A DNA stretch of 64,000 nucleotides from Gemmatimonas sp. (GTDB lineage: Bacteria; Gemmatimonadota; Gemmatimonadetes; Gemmatimonadales; Gemmatimonadaceae). A program made the translations under genes and the position numbers. Under the pieces are notes generated by a model. It was not told the origin of the DNA and did no database searches. It saw only the letters and a list, made by a program, of their open reading frames with translations. The stretch covers positions 672,001-736,000 of the forward strand of contig OZ257156.1 in the NCBI GenBank assembly GCA_965279375.1, written 5' to 3'. Below, one piece after another: positions 9,278 to 20,206 of this stretch; within the stretch, counting starts at the first letter, position 1; every line of letters begins with the position of its first letter.

Positions 9278-10306
9278 ATGTACCGAGGTGTCATCGATCC
9301 GCAGAATCCAGATCCGGCCCTCATCGCAGAGGCAGCCGCGCTGCTGCGCGAGGGCGGACTTGTCGCGTTTCCGACGGAAACGGTCTACGGACTCGGCGCA
9401 CATGCACTCGATCCTGTGGCCGTCGCACGCATCTACACTGCAAAGGGACGACCAGCGTGGAATCCGCTGATCGCACACGTCGCGTCGGTCGCCGGAGCAC
9501 GCGCACTCACCGCGATCTGGCCCGAGACCGCTGAGCGTTTGGCGAACGCGTTCTGGCCCGGACCGCTCACGTTGGTGTTACCGCGCGCCGCGAGCGTACC
9601 GGACATAGCGACGGCTGGGCTCGATGCGGTGGCGGTGCGCATTCCCTCACACCCGGTCGCCTTGGCACTGCTGCGTGCGGCGGACATTCCCGTCTCCGCC
9701 CCCAGCGCCAACCGCTTCACGCAGGTCTCCCCAACCACGGCACAGCACGTCATCGATTCGCTGGGCGACCGGGTGGACCTCGTGCTCGACGGCGGGCCCA
9801 GCACGGTCGGCATCGAAAGCACGGTGTGCGACCTGACGGGCGACACTCCGGTGTTGCTGCGTCCGGGGATGATTTCGCGGGCGCAGCTGGAGGCGGTTCT
9901 GGGGTGCCCTGTGCGTTCCGTCGCTGCCGCCGTGAAGGCGCATGGCCAAGACACCGCGCCGCAGCGATCCCCCGGAATGGCCGACCGTCACTACGCGCCC
10001 AAGGCCGACGTGTGGCTGGTGGAACCGAGCCAGCGCGCGGAAGCGATGCAGGCGTTGGCAGCTCGTCTGGCGAGCGGCGCTCAGGGGGCGGTCGGGGCGC
10101 TACTCCTCGAGCCCGCAGCCTGGGCTGGAGCCGCGATCGATCGACCGGTGACGATGCCCGCCGATGCTGCGGAGTACGCGCGGCGGCTATACGCTGCACT
10201 GCACGCCGCCGATGCCGCCGGTACGACGTTGCTGGTGATCGAGCGGCCCCCGGAAACGGACGACTGGTCGGCGGTTCTCGATCGCCTCACACGCGCCGCA
10301 CGCTGA
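9278..10306 (+). CDS. tsaC: L-threonylcarbamoyladenylate synthase (Sua5/YrdC with C-terminal Sua5 domain)
   Basis: [49 protein letters not shown]. Confidence 0.95.
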   Translation: MYRGVIDPQNPDPALIAEAAALLREGGLVAFPTETVYGLGAHALDPVAVARIYTAKGRPAWNPLIAHVASVAGARALTAIWPETAERLANAFWPGPLTLVLPRAASVPDIATAGLDAVAVRIPSHPVALALLRAADIPVSAPSANRFTQVSPTTAQHVIDSLGDRVDLVLDGGPSTVGIESTVCDLTGDTPVLLRPGMISRAQLEAVLGCPVRSVAAAVKAHGQDTAPQRSPGMADRHYAPKADVWLVEPSQRAEAMQALAARLASGAQGAVGALLLEPAAWAGAAIDRPVTMPADAAEYARRLYAALHAADAAGTTLLVIERPPETDDWSAVLDRLTRAAR

Positions 10307-10328
10307 TTCGCGGCGATACATTACAGCA

Positions 10329-11246
10329 ATGCTACCTATCGATCTCAAGGGCAAACGGGCGCTCGTCGCCGGCGTGGCGGACGACGGCGGATTCGGCTTT
10401 GCCGTCGCCAAGGCATTTGCAGAGGCCGGTGCCTCGGTCTGCGTGGCCACTTGGCCGCCGGCGCTGAACATCTTTCTGAACCTGCTCGAGCGCGGCAAGA
10501 TGGACGAGTCGCGCGTCTTGGCAGACGGCTCGATGTTCTCCTTCGAGCGGATCTATCCGCTCGACGCGGTCTACGACACGCTCGAGGACGCGCCCGCTGA
10601 TGTGCGCGACTCCAAGCGCTACGCCGGTGTCGGCGATTTCTCGATCGACGGGCTGGGCAAGCGCCTTGTCGAGGATTTTGGCCCGCAGCCGTTCGATATC
10701 CTGTTCCACTCGCTCGCCAACGGTCCCGAGGTCAAGAAGCCGTTGCTCGAGACGAGCCGTAACGGCTACCTCGCGGCAGTGAGCGCCAGCGCCTACTCGC
10801 TGACCTCCATGGTACAGCGCCTCGGCCCGCTGCTGCGTCCCGGCGGATCCGTCTGCTCGCTGACGTACATGGCCAGTGAGCGCGTGATTCCGGGCTACGG
10901 TGGTGGCATGTCCTCCGCCAAGGCGGCGCTCGAGAGCGACACGCGCGTGTTGTCGTTCGAGGCGGGGCGCAAGTTCGGCGTGCGCGTCAACACCATCTCC
11001 GCGGGACCGTTCCCGTCGCGCGCAGCCAGCGCCATCGGCATCATCAACAAGATGGTCGTCTACTGCACAGCCAATCAGCCGCTCCCCGAAACGCTCTCCG
11101 CGGCTGAAGTCGGTAACACCGCGGCATTTCTCGCGAGTCCGCTGGCCAGCGGCATCAGCGGCAGCACGGTCTATGTCGATAAGGGCTATCATGCGATGGG
11201 CATGGCCGTGACGATGCCTCCCGGTTCGGAGCCGCTCGGCGCGTGA
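10329..11246 (+). CDS. fabI: Enoyl-ACP reductase, plant/Chlamydia-type FabI
   Basis: [62 protein letters not shown]. Confidence 0.93.
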   Translation: MLPIDLKGKRALVAGVADDGGFGFAVAKAFAEAGASVCVATWPPALNIFLNLLERGKMDESRVLADGSMFSFERIYPLDAVYDTLEDAPADVRDSKRYAGVGDFSIDGLGKRLVEDFGPQPFDILFHSLANGPEVKKPLLETSRNGYLAAVSASAYSLTSMVQRLGPLLRPGGSVCSLTYMASERVIPGYGGGMSSAKAALESDTRVLSFEAGRKFGVRVNTISAGPFPSRAASAIGIINKMVVYCTANQPLPETLSAAEVGNTAAFLASPLASGISGSTVYVDKGYHAMGMAVTMPPGSEPLGA

Positions 11247-13879
11247 ACCTGTCCCCTTCCGGCCCACGCGCCAATCGCTGGGAGGGAATTCGGCTCTATC
11301 TGCTCGGGCTCGCGCTCTTCGGTGCGCTGCCCCTCGTCCTGCTCAACCTCTTTCGCGTCACCTCGCGCAGTGAGGAGCTCAAGCAGGACGAGCGCGCGGA
11401 GACCGCGCGTATAGCCCGAGCAGTCGCAGCGCGTCTCGACGAACGTGTCCGCACCGTGGACGCGCTGCTGCTCGGCGTGTCGACGTTCGTGAAGCCGACG
11501 GCCGAGCATCGCGCGTGGAACGACTCGCTGCTGCAGCGCGCCTTCCGGAATTCTGAGGGGCGCTATGGCAACCTCGTGCTGCTCGACAGTGCGGGGACCA
11601 TTGTCGGAAGCGGCATGCTCGGTGCCCGCGTGCTCCGGGACAAGGGCGCGTACGCGGAGCGCGGCTATTTCCTCGCGGCGAAGCGCAAAGGCGGCTTCGT
11701 GGTGGGCGAAGCGCGGCGGTCGCAGAACCTCCCCGACAGCAACTGGGTCGTGGTGCTCGCACGCTCACTCAACGACGAGCAAGGGCGCTTTCTCGGTACG
11801 GTCAGCGCCGCGGTGCGCCTCGACACGATCACGGTGGTCGAAGATCCGATCTGGAAGCTGAGTGAACCGCCGGTCATCACCATCATCGACACGGCCGGCG
11901 TGGTACTCGCCCGCTCGAAGGATGCGAAGAAGTTCGTCGGGCAACGTCTGTTCGCCGGCGGATTTCCCACCGACTCGAGCGGCACCGGCATCTATACGGG
12001 ACTCGACAGCATCGAGCGGCTGGTCAGCTTCGAGAGCGTGCATGCGGCGCCGTGGCAGGTGAATGTCGGCGTGCCGGTGTCGGCCATCGGCGCCGAGTCG
12101 GGGCGCATGCAGCTGGAAGACTTCGCGCTGCTGGTCGTCGCGATCAGTGTCACCGTGCTTGTTGGTTATCGCGTCGGACAGCGGATCACGCGTCCGATCG
12201 AGGCACTCGCCGAAGATGCGCGCGCCCTGGCGCGCGGTGCGGTCGCGACGCGCGCACGCGTTTCCGGTCCACGCGAAGTCCAGCTGCTCGGCGAAGCGTT
12301 CAACCAGATGGCCGAAACGGTCGAGCGACGCAACGCATCGCTGGCCGACAGCGAGCGGCGCTATCGCATGCTCTTCGACTCCAACCCGCTGCCGATGTGG
12401 GCGTGGGATGCGGAGACGATGCAGCTGAGCGCGGTCAACGAAGCGGCCGTCGAGAAGTACGGCTATAGCCGAGAAGACTTCCTGATGCGCCGCATCGTCG
12501 ACCTGCTCGATCCGAGCGAGTACGAACGGTTCTCGTCGGCACGATTGCCATTCATGGAGTCCCGCCAGACGGCCGGGCACTGGATGCATCGCAAGTCGAA
12601 CGGCGAATTGATGGAGATGGAGGTCGTCACCACGTCATCGCGTCGCCTCGGCCGCGACAGCTGGCTCTCCGTCGGCATCGACGTCACCGCACGACGGCAG
12701 GCCGAGCGCGCACTCGCGCTCAGTGAAGAGCAGCTGCGGCAATCGCAGAAGATGGAAGCGATCGGGGCCTTCGCAGGCGGCATCTCGCACGACTTCAACA
12801 ACCTGCTCACCGGAATGTTGGGCTACTGCGACCTCGCGCTGACCGAGCTCGAGCCCGGCGGCCCCGTGCACACGGATGTGAGCGAGATTCGCGCGCTCGC
12901 CATGCGCGGCGCCGATCTCACGCGGCAGATCCTCGCCGTCAGCCGCCAGCAGGTGGTGCAACCGGTGCTGCTCGACCCCAACGATGTGGTACGTGGCCTC
13001 GACCGATTGCTGCGCCGACTGATCGGCGAACACATCGAGCTCGAGTCGGTACTCGGCGACAATGTTGGCACCATCCGCGCGGACGCAGGCCAGCTCGAGC
13101 AGGTGCTGCTCAACCTCTGCGCCAACGCGCGCGATGCGATGCCGCGTGGCGGCGAGTTGAGCATTCAAACGGCGAATGTGTCGTCGAGTGAGGCAGCAGC
13201 CTACGGACTCGACACTGCGTCACCGTGGATGGTGATCTCGGTGCGGGACACGGGCGAAGGGATGAGCGAAGATGTGCGTCTCCGCATCTTCGAGCCGTTC
13301 TTCACCACGAAGGAACGCGGCAAGGGAACCGGACTCGGCCTCGCCCTCGCGTATGCGATGGTCGATCAGGGGAACGGCAGCATTCGGGTCGAGAGCCAGC
13401 TCGGTGTCGGCACGACGTTCCGTCTGTTCTTCCCGCAGCACGACAATGCGCCCCATGGTCCGGTGTCGGAGGCGGAAGATGAGATTCCGTTCGATGGTAC
13501 CGAAACGATTCTGTTGGCTGAGGATGAGGACAGCGTTCGCGCCGTGGCCGCCACGGCGCTCGAGCGCTACGGCTATCGCGTGCTGGCTGCACCGGATGGC
13601 GAGGCGGCGCTGTCGATTGCGCGCGCATATCCGGATCAGATTCACATGCTCCTCACCGACGCGGTGATGCCGCGCATGAACGGTCGCGAACTTGCGGAAC
13701 GCGTAGCCACGATGCGCCCGGCGATCCGCGTGCTGTTTGCGTCCGGCTACACCGACGACGTCTCGCTGCTGCACGGCATTCGCACCGACGAGCTGTCGTT
13801 CCTGCAGAAGCCGTTCACGGCGCGTGAACTGCTGCGCCGCGTTCGCAGCGTGCTCGACAGCCCGACGCGAGTCGGTTGA
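11243..13879 (+). CDS. Hybrid sensor histidine kinase (Cache-HAMP-PAS-HisKA-HATPase-REC)
   Basis: Two TM segments; [39 protein letters not shown], receiver LAEDED/LTDAVMP/QKPF. Confidence 0.95.
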   Translation: MNLSPSGPRANRWEGIRLYLLGLALFGALPLVLLNLFRVTSRSEELKQDERAETARIARAVAARLDERVRTVDALLLGVSTFVKPTAEHRAWNDSLLQRAFRNSEGRYGNLVLLDSAGTIVGSGMLGARVLRDKGAYAERGYFLAAKRKGGFVVGEARRSQNLPDSNWVVVLARSLNDEQGRFLGTVSAAVRLDTITVVEDPIWKLSEPPVITIIDTAGVVLARSKDAKKFVGQRLFAGGFPTDSSGTGIYTGLDSIERLVSFESVHAAPWQVNVGVPVSAIGAESGRMQLEDFALLVVAISVTVLVGYRVGQRITRPIEALAEDARALARGAVATRARVSGPREVQLLGEAFNQMAETVERRNASLADSERRYRMLFDSNPLPMWAWDAETMQLSAVNEAAVEKYGYSREDFLMRRIVDLLDPSEYERFSSARLPFMESRQTAGHWMHRKSNGELMEMEVVTTSSRRLGRDSWLSVGIDVTARRQAERALALSEEQLRQSQKMEAIGAFAGGISHDFNNLLTGMLGYCDLALTELEPGGPVHTDVSEIRALAMRGADLTRQILAVSRQQVVQPVLLDPNDVVRGLDRLLRRLIGEHIELESVLGDNVGTIRADAGQLEQVLLNLCANARDAMPRGGELSIQTANVSSSEAAAYGLDTASPWMVISVRDTGEGMSEDVRLRIFEPFFTTKERGKGTGLGLALAYAMVDQGNGSIRVESQLGVGTTFRLFFPQHDNAPHGPVSEAEDEIPFDGTETILLAEDEDSVRAVAATALERYGYRVLAAPDGEAALSIARAYPDQIHMLLTDAVMPRMNGRELAERVATMRPAIRVLFASGYTDDVSLLHGIRTDELSFLQKPFTARELLRRVRSVLDSPTRVG

Positions 13880-13919
13880 CACGAATGTTCCGGCGGCGCG
13901 CGTCGCTGGTTGGAGTCTG

Positions 13920-14453
13920 ATGTACTGGATCCTGTTCGTGATGGGAGCGATCGCCGCACTGGCGATAGCGCTGATCGTCGGTGGGCTCGTGACGGCGCGC
14001 TCGCACGTGGCCGCACGCGAGGTCACGCTGCGTGTGCCTGTCGATCGCGCGTGGGCTGTGGTTCGCGACGTTTCGCGATATGCGGACTGGCGCCCCGAGC
14101 TCGATTCATCTGAGCTGCTCGACGACGACGCGGGACTCGAACGTTGGCGGGAGAACTCGCCAGCGGGTTCAGTCACGTTCGGGATCATCGAGGATGTGGC
14201 GCCCACGGCATTTGGCGCGCGCATGCTCGACGAAGACGTGTCGCTGCGTGGTGAATGGCGATGGCAGCTGAGCGAAGTGGACGGCACCACTCGCGTGCGA
14301 CTCACCGAGCACGGAGAGATCGGCAATCCGATTGCGCGCTTCGTGGCCGCGCACATGACCGGCCACACGCACGCGATCGATCGGTATCTGCGCAACCTTG
14401 CCGTGCATCTCGGGCAGCCGGAGGCACACATTGGCGACAGTCCCCGGAGATGA
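13920..14453 (+). CDS. Membrane-anchored SRPBCC/polyketide cyclase family protein
   Basis: N-terminal TM helix; WAVVRDVSRYADWR; GTTRVRLTEHGEIGNPIARF. Confidence 0.8.
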   Translation: MYWILFVMGAIAALAIALIVGGLVTARSHVAAREVTLRVPVDRAWAVVRDVSRYADWRPELDSSELLDDDAGLERWRENSPAGSVTFGIIEDVAPTAFGARMLDEDVSLRGEWRWQLSEVDGTTRVRLTEHGEIGNPIARFVAAHMTGHTHAIDRYLRNLAVHLGQPEAHIGDSPRR

Positions 14454-15720
14454 GCCGCCGCGCGTAGTTGATCGTTCGAGTCGAGTGGGCCGATTCTGGC
14501 GAACACTTGGACCGGGGCTCATCACCGGTGCGGCGGACGACGATCCCTCAGGCATCACCACCTACTCGCTGGCTGGCGCGCAGTTCGGCACAACGCTCTT
14601 GTGGATGCCGCTGGTGTCCTTCCCACTGATGTGGGCGGTGCAGCTGATGTGTGCGCGCATCGGCATGGTGAGCGGCCGCGGACTGATCGCGGCAATGCGC
14701 CATCGGTTTCCACGCCCGGTGCTTTTCGCCGTCTGCGCAGCGCTCGCGATTGCCAACGGCATCAACATCGGTGCTGATCTTGCCGGCATGTCGGATGCGG
14801 CCGAGTTGCTGAGTGGCGTGAATTCGCACGTGTGGGTCGTCGCGTTCGGCGTTGGTATCACGCTGACCACCGTTCGACTGCGCTATGCCCAGGTGGTGCG
14901 CGTACTCAAGTGGCTGTCGGTGGTGTTGGGCGCCTACTTCGTCACGGCGATGATTTCGCGCCCCGATTGGCGTGTTGTCGCGCACGATGTGCTGATCCCC
15001 GTATTTCCGAGCGGCGGCGCAGGATGGGGCATGGTCGTCGCCATTCTTGGTACGACGATTTCGCCTTACCTCTTCTTCTGGCAGGCCTCGCAGGAGGTGG
15101 AAGAGGAGAAATCGAAGGGGCGCATGGGCCACGCGCGAGGCGGTGCGAGTGCGGCGGAGATCAGTGCGCGCACAATCGATGTAGGCGTAGGCGCGCTCGT
15201 CGCCACGTTCTCGATGTTCTTCATCATGCTCACCACTGCGCTCACGTTGCATGCGCGTGGCATCACCAACCCGTCCACCAGCGCCGAGGTTGCGCAAGCG
15301 CTCGAACCGCTGGCTGGACGTGCCGCCATGCTGCTCTACACCGTCGGTGTGGTGGCCATCGGGCTCCTGGCCATTCCCACGCTCGCCGGCGCGACCGCCT
15401 ACGCCTTTGCCGAACTGCTGTCGCTACGTCAGGGGATCGACGAGCGTTTTCATCGCGCGCCCGCGTTCTACTCCATCATGGCGGCATCGGTGGCCGGGGG
15501 AATCGCGATGGATTTCCTGAACATCAACGCCGTGCGCGCACTCTACTGGACAGCGGTGATCAACGGCTTGCTGGCGCCAGTGTTGTTGGTGGGCATCGTC
15601 ATCATCGCCGCCGACGCCAAGTTGATGAAGGGACAGACCAGCTCGCGTTTTGCGCTCATTCTCGTGGGCATCACGGCCGTGCTCATGACGGCGGCCGGGG
15701 CCGCGATGGTCATCGTGTGA
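14431..15720 (+). CDS. NRAMP-family divalent metal transporter
   Basis: LGPGLITGAADDDPSGITTYS, GTTISPYLFFWQ; multiple TMs; TTG start after GGAGG. Confidence 0.9.
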   Translation: MATVPGDEPPRVVDRSSRVGRFWRTLGPGLITGAADDDPSGITTYSLAGAQFGTTLLWMPLVSFPLMWAVQLMCARIGMVSGRGLIAAMRHRFPRPVLFAVCAALAIANGINIGADLAGMSDAAELLSGVNSHVWVVAFGVGITLTTVRLRYAQVVRVLKWLSVVLGAYFVTAMISRPDWRVVAHDVLIPVFPSGGAGWGMVVAILGTTISPYLFFWQASQEVEEEKSKGRMGHARGGASAAEISARTIDVGVGALVATFSMFFIMLTTALTLHARGITNPSTSAEVAQALEPLAGRAAMLLYTVGVVAIGLLAIPTLAGATAYAFAELLSLRQGIDERFHRAPAFYSIMAASVAGGIAMDFLNINAVRALYWTAVINGLLAPVLLVGIVIIAADAKLMKGQTSSRFALILVGITAVLMTAAGAAMVIV

Positions 15721-15768
15721 GCACGGCTTGTTTGCGAGGCATCACGACTTGCTGGTCGTGCCGCGCAC

Positions 15769-17178
15769 TCACGGTGCGCCGTGTCCCGCGTGCGCTCCGT
15801 GGTCCATGCCCATCCCGCCCATCGCCATGCGTGAAGGCCGCCAGCGCAGATACACGGCGCCGCCCAGCGGCGTGCGTGAGCCGTAGATCGCCTCGATGTC
15901 GGATGGAACGAGGTTCACTGTAGCGCGCCCGCCGAGTGCGAGCATGCCCGCCTTGCCCGCCACGAGCTCGCGGAGCACGCCGACGGAGATTGCGCCGACA
16001 CGATACGGCTCCGTGTGCGCCTCGGCCTCGCGCAACCGCAGCGCAATCGGCACGGGCAGCACCAACTCTTCCGCACTCTTCTGCACCATCTCCGCGCGCG
16101 CAAACACCGACGTGCGTCCGCGATAGTCGCGCAGGACTTCCGCCGACACGCTCGACGTCCAGTGTTCGCGCTCCACCGCGTTGGCTCCAACGATCAGCGC
16201 TACGCTGACCGTGCCGTTGTTCGCACGCGGACGCGAGACCAGCACCGACGCGGTCGCACGCTGCACGGACTCTCCCGGGTGAGAGACTTCAGCGTCTGGC
16301 ACGTTCGCATAGCTCGCGCTGAACGACGAGTACGCGTCAGGATTCACGGTCAATCGCGCGGCCATCGCGTCGAGCTTCGCGCGTCCGAGATCGAGATTGG
16401 TTCGGACGCCATCAGGCTCTCGGCCATTGAACAACGACGTCTCGAGTTTGACGCGTCGCGAGTACATTGCGCCGGTGACGACACCGAAGCTGATGTGCGT
16501 GGCATCCTGCCAGTGATGCGCGATCGTGGCGAACGGATCGGCCATTGCGGAGGGGCGATGCGGAAAGGCGACTGGGCCACTCGCGGGTTCGCCGACGGGT
16601 GCCGCGTAGAGCTGAAACGCGAGATTCGGCGCGATCGCGCGATCGTAGATCGCCGCGAACTCCATGAAGAGATCGTGCGGATGCTGCCGATCGTGCAGCG
16701 ATTCACCTCGATACGACTCGCCCGTTTGCAGCAGCAGCGGGTAGCCACGGCCGCCCACCGTGAACGCGTCCACGCTCATCATGCCGCGCAGCTGCAACCG
16801 ACCGCCGGCAAGTGCGTGCGCGGCACCGGCCATGCCCCAGTTGAGACTGCCGACCTGCGTGTCTCCGCGCGGTCCACCCTGTGCGCTGACCTGACCGAAG
16901 ACACTGCCATGTGCCATGATGCCCCAGCCCTTTGCCGAGCGCATGACGCCATACATCGGTGCCGAATCGGGCAGCCATGAGGTGCCGGAGCCAGTGCGCG
17001 ACATGGGTACGTCGAGGGGGCCGCGCATCATGAGCGTCATGCCGTCTGGCCGCGAAGCCGATGACGCTGAGGATTGAGCCGCGATTGCCGATGGCGCGAG
17101 CGCGAGCGCGCAGATCGCCGCGACGCGCGCGCGCGTGGCGCGCAGGCGTTGAACGCCAGCGCGAATAGATACAGACAT
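15769..17178 (-). CDS. Exported, putative outer-membrane beta-barrel protein with Met/His-rich termini
   Basis: Signal peptide; SGTSWLPDSAPM, DRQHPHDLFME, HHWQDATHISFG; C-terminal MAMGGMGMDHGAHAGH. Confidence 0.7.
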   Translation of the reverse strand: MSVSIRAGVQRLRATRARVAAICALALAPSAIAAQSSASSASRPDGMTLMMRGPLDVPMSRTGSGTSWLPDSAPMYGVMRSAKGWGIMAHGSVFGQVSAQGGPRGDTQVGSLNWGMAGAAHALAGGRLQLRGMMSVDAFTVGGRGYPLLLQTGESYRGESLHDRQHPHDLFMEFAAIYDRAIAPNLAFQLYAAPVGEPASGPVAFPHRPSAMADPFATIAHHWQDATHISFGVVTGAMYSRRVKLETSLFNGREPDGVRTNLDLGRAKLDAMAARLTVNPDAYSSFSASYANVPDAEVSHPGESVQRATASVLVSRPRANNGTVSVALIVGANAVEREHWTSSVSAEVLRDYRGRTSVFARAEMVQKSAEELVLPVPIALRLREAEAHTEPYRVGAISVGVLRELVAGKAGMLALGGRATVNLVPSDIEAIYGSRTPLGGAVYLRWRPSRMAMGGMGMDHGAHAGHGAP

Positions 17179-17295
17179 GTTGGATGGATGGCCGCGCGCG
17201 TCCTGGGAGCGCGCGCGTACGTCACGAGAGACCGTCGGTCGTTGCGTCGGCAACGCCGACACGGATGTGTCAGGGCGCGGGTGCGCCGATCGACA

Positions 17296-17742
17296 TCAGG
17301 CTCGTGGCGGAGGCGACTCGACTTCGAGTTCGGCCGTCGTGAAGGCGAGCGGAACTCCCACGGGCGCTTCACGCGACACACTGATCGCGGAGAGCACGGC
17401 GACCGTGGTGGTCTCGGACTGTACCACCAGACCGCACGCCATCAGCTGCGCGCAGCCCGGCGCAGCAGGGTCGTGGTGCGAGACGGGTGCTGGCTCCGAT
17501 GAATTCTCAGGCGAATTCTCGGACGATTGCGTCGTCGCGTGCTGCTGATGCGACATCGACTGATGCTCGTGGTCCACCAGCGGCGTGTCCGTCGACGGAG
17601 ATCCGACTGACGTCGTCACGTTTGAAGTCGTCGCGTGCATGCACGGCAACTGCTGCCCGACGATCGAAATCGTGAGCAGCAGCGCAAGCATGGCGGCGAT
17701 ACGGCCGCGCCAGGCGACGAAGATCTGCGGCGGAAACAGCAT
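17296..17742 (-). CDS. Small exported His/Cys protein with C-terminal PPPRA (CutF/DUF2946-like)
   Basis: Hydrophobic N-terminus, DHEHQSMSHQQH, CAQLMAC, C-terminal EVESPPPRA. Confidence 0.65.
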   Translation of the reverse strand: MLFPPQIFVAWRGRIAAMLALLLTISIVGQQLPCMHATTSNVTTSVGSPSTDTPLVDHEHQSMSHQQHATTQSSENSPENSSEPAPVSHHDPAAPGCAQLMACGLVVQSETTTVAVLSAISVSREAPVGVPLAFTTAELEVESPPPRA

Positions 17743-17789
17743 CGGAGAACTAATAGCGAGCGGCCACGGGTTCGTGCCAGCGGGCGTGA

Positions 17790-19013
17790 CTACTGCGGGA
17801 TGACGCGCCACAGCTCGCCACTATCGGTCAGCACCCAGAGCGCTCCATCCACCCCCTGTACCAGTGACCGATAGCGCGTGCTCGGCAGGCCGGCGTTGCT
17901 GTTGCCCACGGCCAGCCCCGCCGCGTCCAGCTCGAGAATCTCCACGCGCTGACCGGCCATGACCCCGACAGCGAGTCGGCCATTCCAAGCCTTCCACTGC
18001 GTTCCACTCAGAAACGTCGCCGGGCCGAGCCCCTGCGATGCGGCATTGTTGCGCCAGCTCGGCTCGAGCGCCGCCGGAAAGCGCGTCCGGTCGGTCATCG
18101 GCATCGTGGCAGAATTGCCGGCGTAACCGCAGTAGTTGGATGCGCAGTTCAGCGCCGGACGATTCTGCGGGTCCCAACCACCGTTGCCGCCGGCCACGAG
18201 CGGCGTCACCTCGTCGCTGTGATTCGGGCCATGCTCGGCGATGAATGGCTGACCCGTCCCCGGACGGAAGCTGATGCCCTGCACGTTGCGATGACCGTAG
18301 GTGAACACGCGCGCGTCGAAACCAGCCGGCGCACTGTTGCCCGCAGCCGCTGTGCCGTCTCGGGTGAGGCGAAGGACTTTGCCGCCGAGCCGCGTGGGAC
18401 TTTGCGGAAGCGACCCGTCGTGATTGTCGCCGGTGGTGACGTAGAGGAGGCCGTCCGGGCCGAAGCGAATCCGTCCGCCGCTGTGCACGCCGGCACCGCC
18501 GTGCGCGTTGCCCACGTCCTTGTACGGGATGTCCGTGACGATGTCGGTTCGCGAGAGCACCGTGGAAAACCGCGCATCCGTCTGCAGGCGAATCACGCGA
18601 TTGGTGCGCGGATTGGTACTGCGATTGGACGACATGTAGACGTAAACCCATCCGTTCGTGGCAAACGCCGGGTCGATGACAACGCCGAGCATGCCACTCT
18701 GTCCCTCGCAGACCAGGTCGGACGCGACGACAACGGAACCTGCGGTGCCGAACAGCCGCACAGCGGTCCCGTCGGCGCGTTTTGCCGTCAAACCGCGACA
18801 GCGCTCCGTGTAGAGCAGCGTGCTATCGGGCGCAAAGGCGAGGTCCCACGGATTCGACAGTCCATTGAGTACGAGGGTGCGACTGAGCGTCGGCACGACG
18901 GTGGACGTGGGCGGCGGCGGGACCGGAGTTACCGTCGGTGGCGCGGTGGCCGGCGTTTCGGCACCGCCACCGCACCCGATCAGCACTGCGGCAACCGCCG
19001 CGTACCGCTTCAT
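17790..19013 (-). CDS. PQQ-dependent sugar (glucose/sorbosone) dehydrogenase family lipoprotein
   Basis: Lipobox LIGC; HSGGRIRFGPDGLLYVTTGD, YGHRNVQG, EHGP..DEV. Confidence 0.9.
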   Translation of the reverse strand: MKRYAAVAAVLIGCGGGAETPATAPPTVTPVPPPPTSTVVPTLSRTLVLNGLSNPWDLAFAPDSTLLYTERCRGLTAKRADGTAVRLFGTAGSVVVASDLVCEGQSGMLGVVIDPAFATNGWVYVYMSSNRSTNPRTNRVIRLQTDARFSTVLSRTDIVTDIPYKDVGNAHGGAGVHSGGRIRFGPDGLLYVTTGDNHDGSLPQSPTRLGGKVLRLTRDGTAAAGNSAPAGFDARVFTYGHRNVQGISFRPGTGQPFIAEHGPNHSDEVTPLVAGGNGGWDPQNRPALNCASNYCGYAGNSATMPMTDRTRFPAALEPSWRNNAASQGLGPATFLSGTQWKAWNGRLAVGVMAGQRVEILELDAAGLAVGNSNAGLPSTRYRSLVQGVDGALWVLTDSGELWRVIPQ

Positions 19014-19552
19014 CAGTCACGCATCCAGTGGCAGGTGTACCCTCCCGGATTCTTCTGGAGGTAGTCCTGATGGTACGCCTCGCCGGAGTACCAGATGCTC
19101 GCCGGCGCGATCTCTGTGGTGATGGGCTTCTTCCACTTGCCCGAGGCGTCCACGCGTGCCTTCACCGCTGCGGCAGTCTCGGCTTGCGCCGGCGAGTTGT
19201 AGAAGATCGCCGAGCGGTACTGCGTGCCGATGTCGTTGCCCTGACGGTTGAGCGTGGTCGGATCGTGCAGCTTGAAGAACCAGTCTTCGAGGAGCGTCTC
19301 GTAGCTCAGCACGCGTGGGTCGAAGGTGATCTTTACCGCTTCGGCGTGCCCTGACTTGCTGTCGTGCGTGTCGTGGTACGTCGGGTTCTCGAGCCAACCG
19401 CCCGTGTAGCCGACGTCGGTGTCGATGACGCCCGGCACCGCACGCAGGATCTCCTCGACCCCCCAAAAACATCCGCCGGCGAGAATGGCCACTTCTGTGG
19501 TCTGGCCGTCTGCCGTGCTTGTCGCTCCCGTACCGCTTGTGTGCTCACTCAT
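19013..19552 (-). CDS. msrA: Peptide-methionine (S)-S-oxide reductase
   Basis: AGGCFWG, GHAEAV, HDPTTLNRQGND.GTQYRSAIF, YHQDYL; alternative start at 19624. Confidence 0.96.
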   Translation of the reverse strand: MSEHTSGTGATSTADGQTTEVAILAGGCFWGVEEILRAVPGVIDTDVGYTGGWLENPTYHDTHDSKSGHAEAVKITFDPRVLSYETLLEDWFFKLHDPTTLNRQGNDIGTQYRSAIFYNSPAQAETAAAVKARVDASGKWKKPITTEIAPASIWYSGEAYHQDYLQKNPGGYTCHWMRD

Positions 19553-19728
19553 GAATCGATCCTGCTGTTTTGGTAAGGTCGTGCCGAAGAAGCGCTGAAA
19601 GAGAGCTGAAATCGCGCGAAACATGTGTTGGCGTCCCGGTGACGAGCGAACGATCGCCCCAGCCTGCATGGAACTGCTAGTTTTCCGGAGTGGTCGCCGC
19701 CCCTGTCGTATTCTATCCCGGAGCCCCC

Positions 19729-20184
19729 GTGCGCAGTTCCCGTTCTCTGCCCCACGCTGCGGTTTCTGTGCGTGCGACCGTCCGCGTCGCTGTCATCCTC
19801 GTCGGCCTGACAGCGATGGCGCTCGTCGCGCCGAGCCGACTGTCGGCGCAGTCCACCAAGGAAATCGGCAAGACCTCCACTGGCGATCCGGTCTTTCTGG
19901 AGCTCAAGTCGGTCAAGCGCGACAAGGGGATCATCACCGCCAGCATCCGGGCGCGTTTTGCCAAGCCGACCAAGGCGCCGATGGGCGACCTCTACTCGTC
20001 GCGGACCATTGCCATGTTCGACTGCGCCAAGAACGTGGTGGCCGTGAAGGAGAACTGGTACTTCCTGGACCAGGAGGGCAAGAAGATCGGCAACCATCGC
20101 GTGGTCGGCATTCCGGGCTATGGCCCCGCGTTCAAGGGCTCCGTCCCCGACATCGCCATGACCTACCTCTGCGCCGCCAAGTAG
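19729..20184 (+). CDS. Secreted protein, surface-adhesin E-like
   Basis: Signal peptide; VFLELKSV..MFDCAK..MTYLCAAK two-Cys pattern. Confidence 0.6.
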   Translation: MRSSRSLPHAAVSVRATVRVAVILVGLTAMALVAPSRLSAQSTKEIGKTSTGDPVFLELKSVKRDKGIITASIRARFAKPTKAPMGDLYSSRTIAMFDCAKNVVAVKENWYFLDQEGKKIGNHRVVGIPGYGPAFKGSVPDIAMTYLCAAK

Positions 20185-20206
20185 CGACGCAGCCCGAGTA
20201 GCAGGC

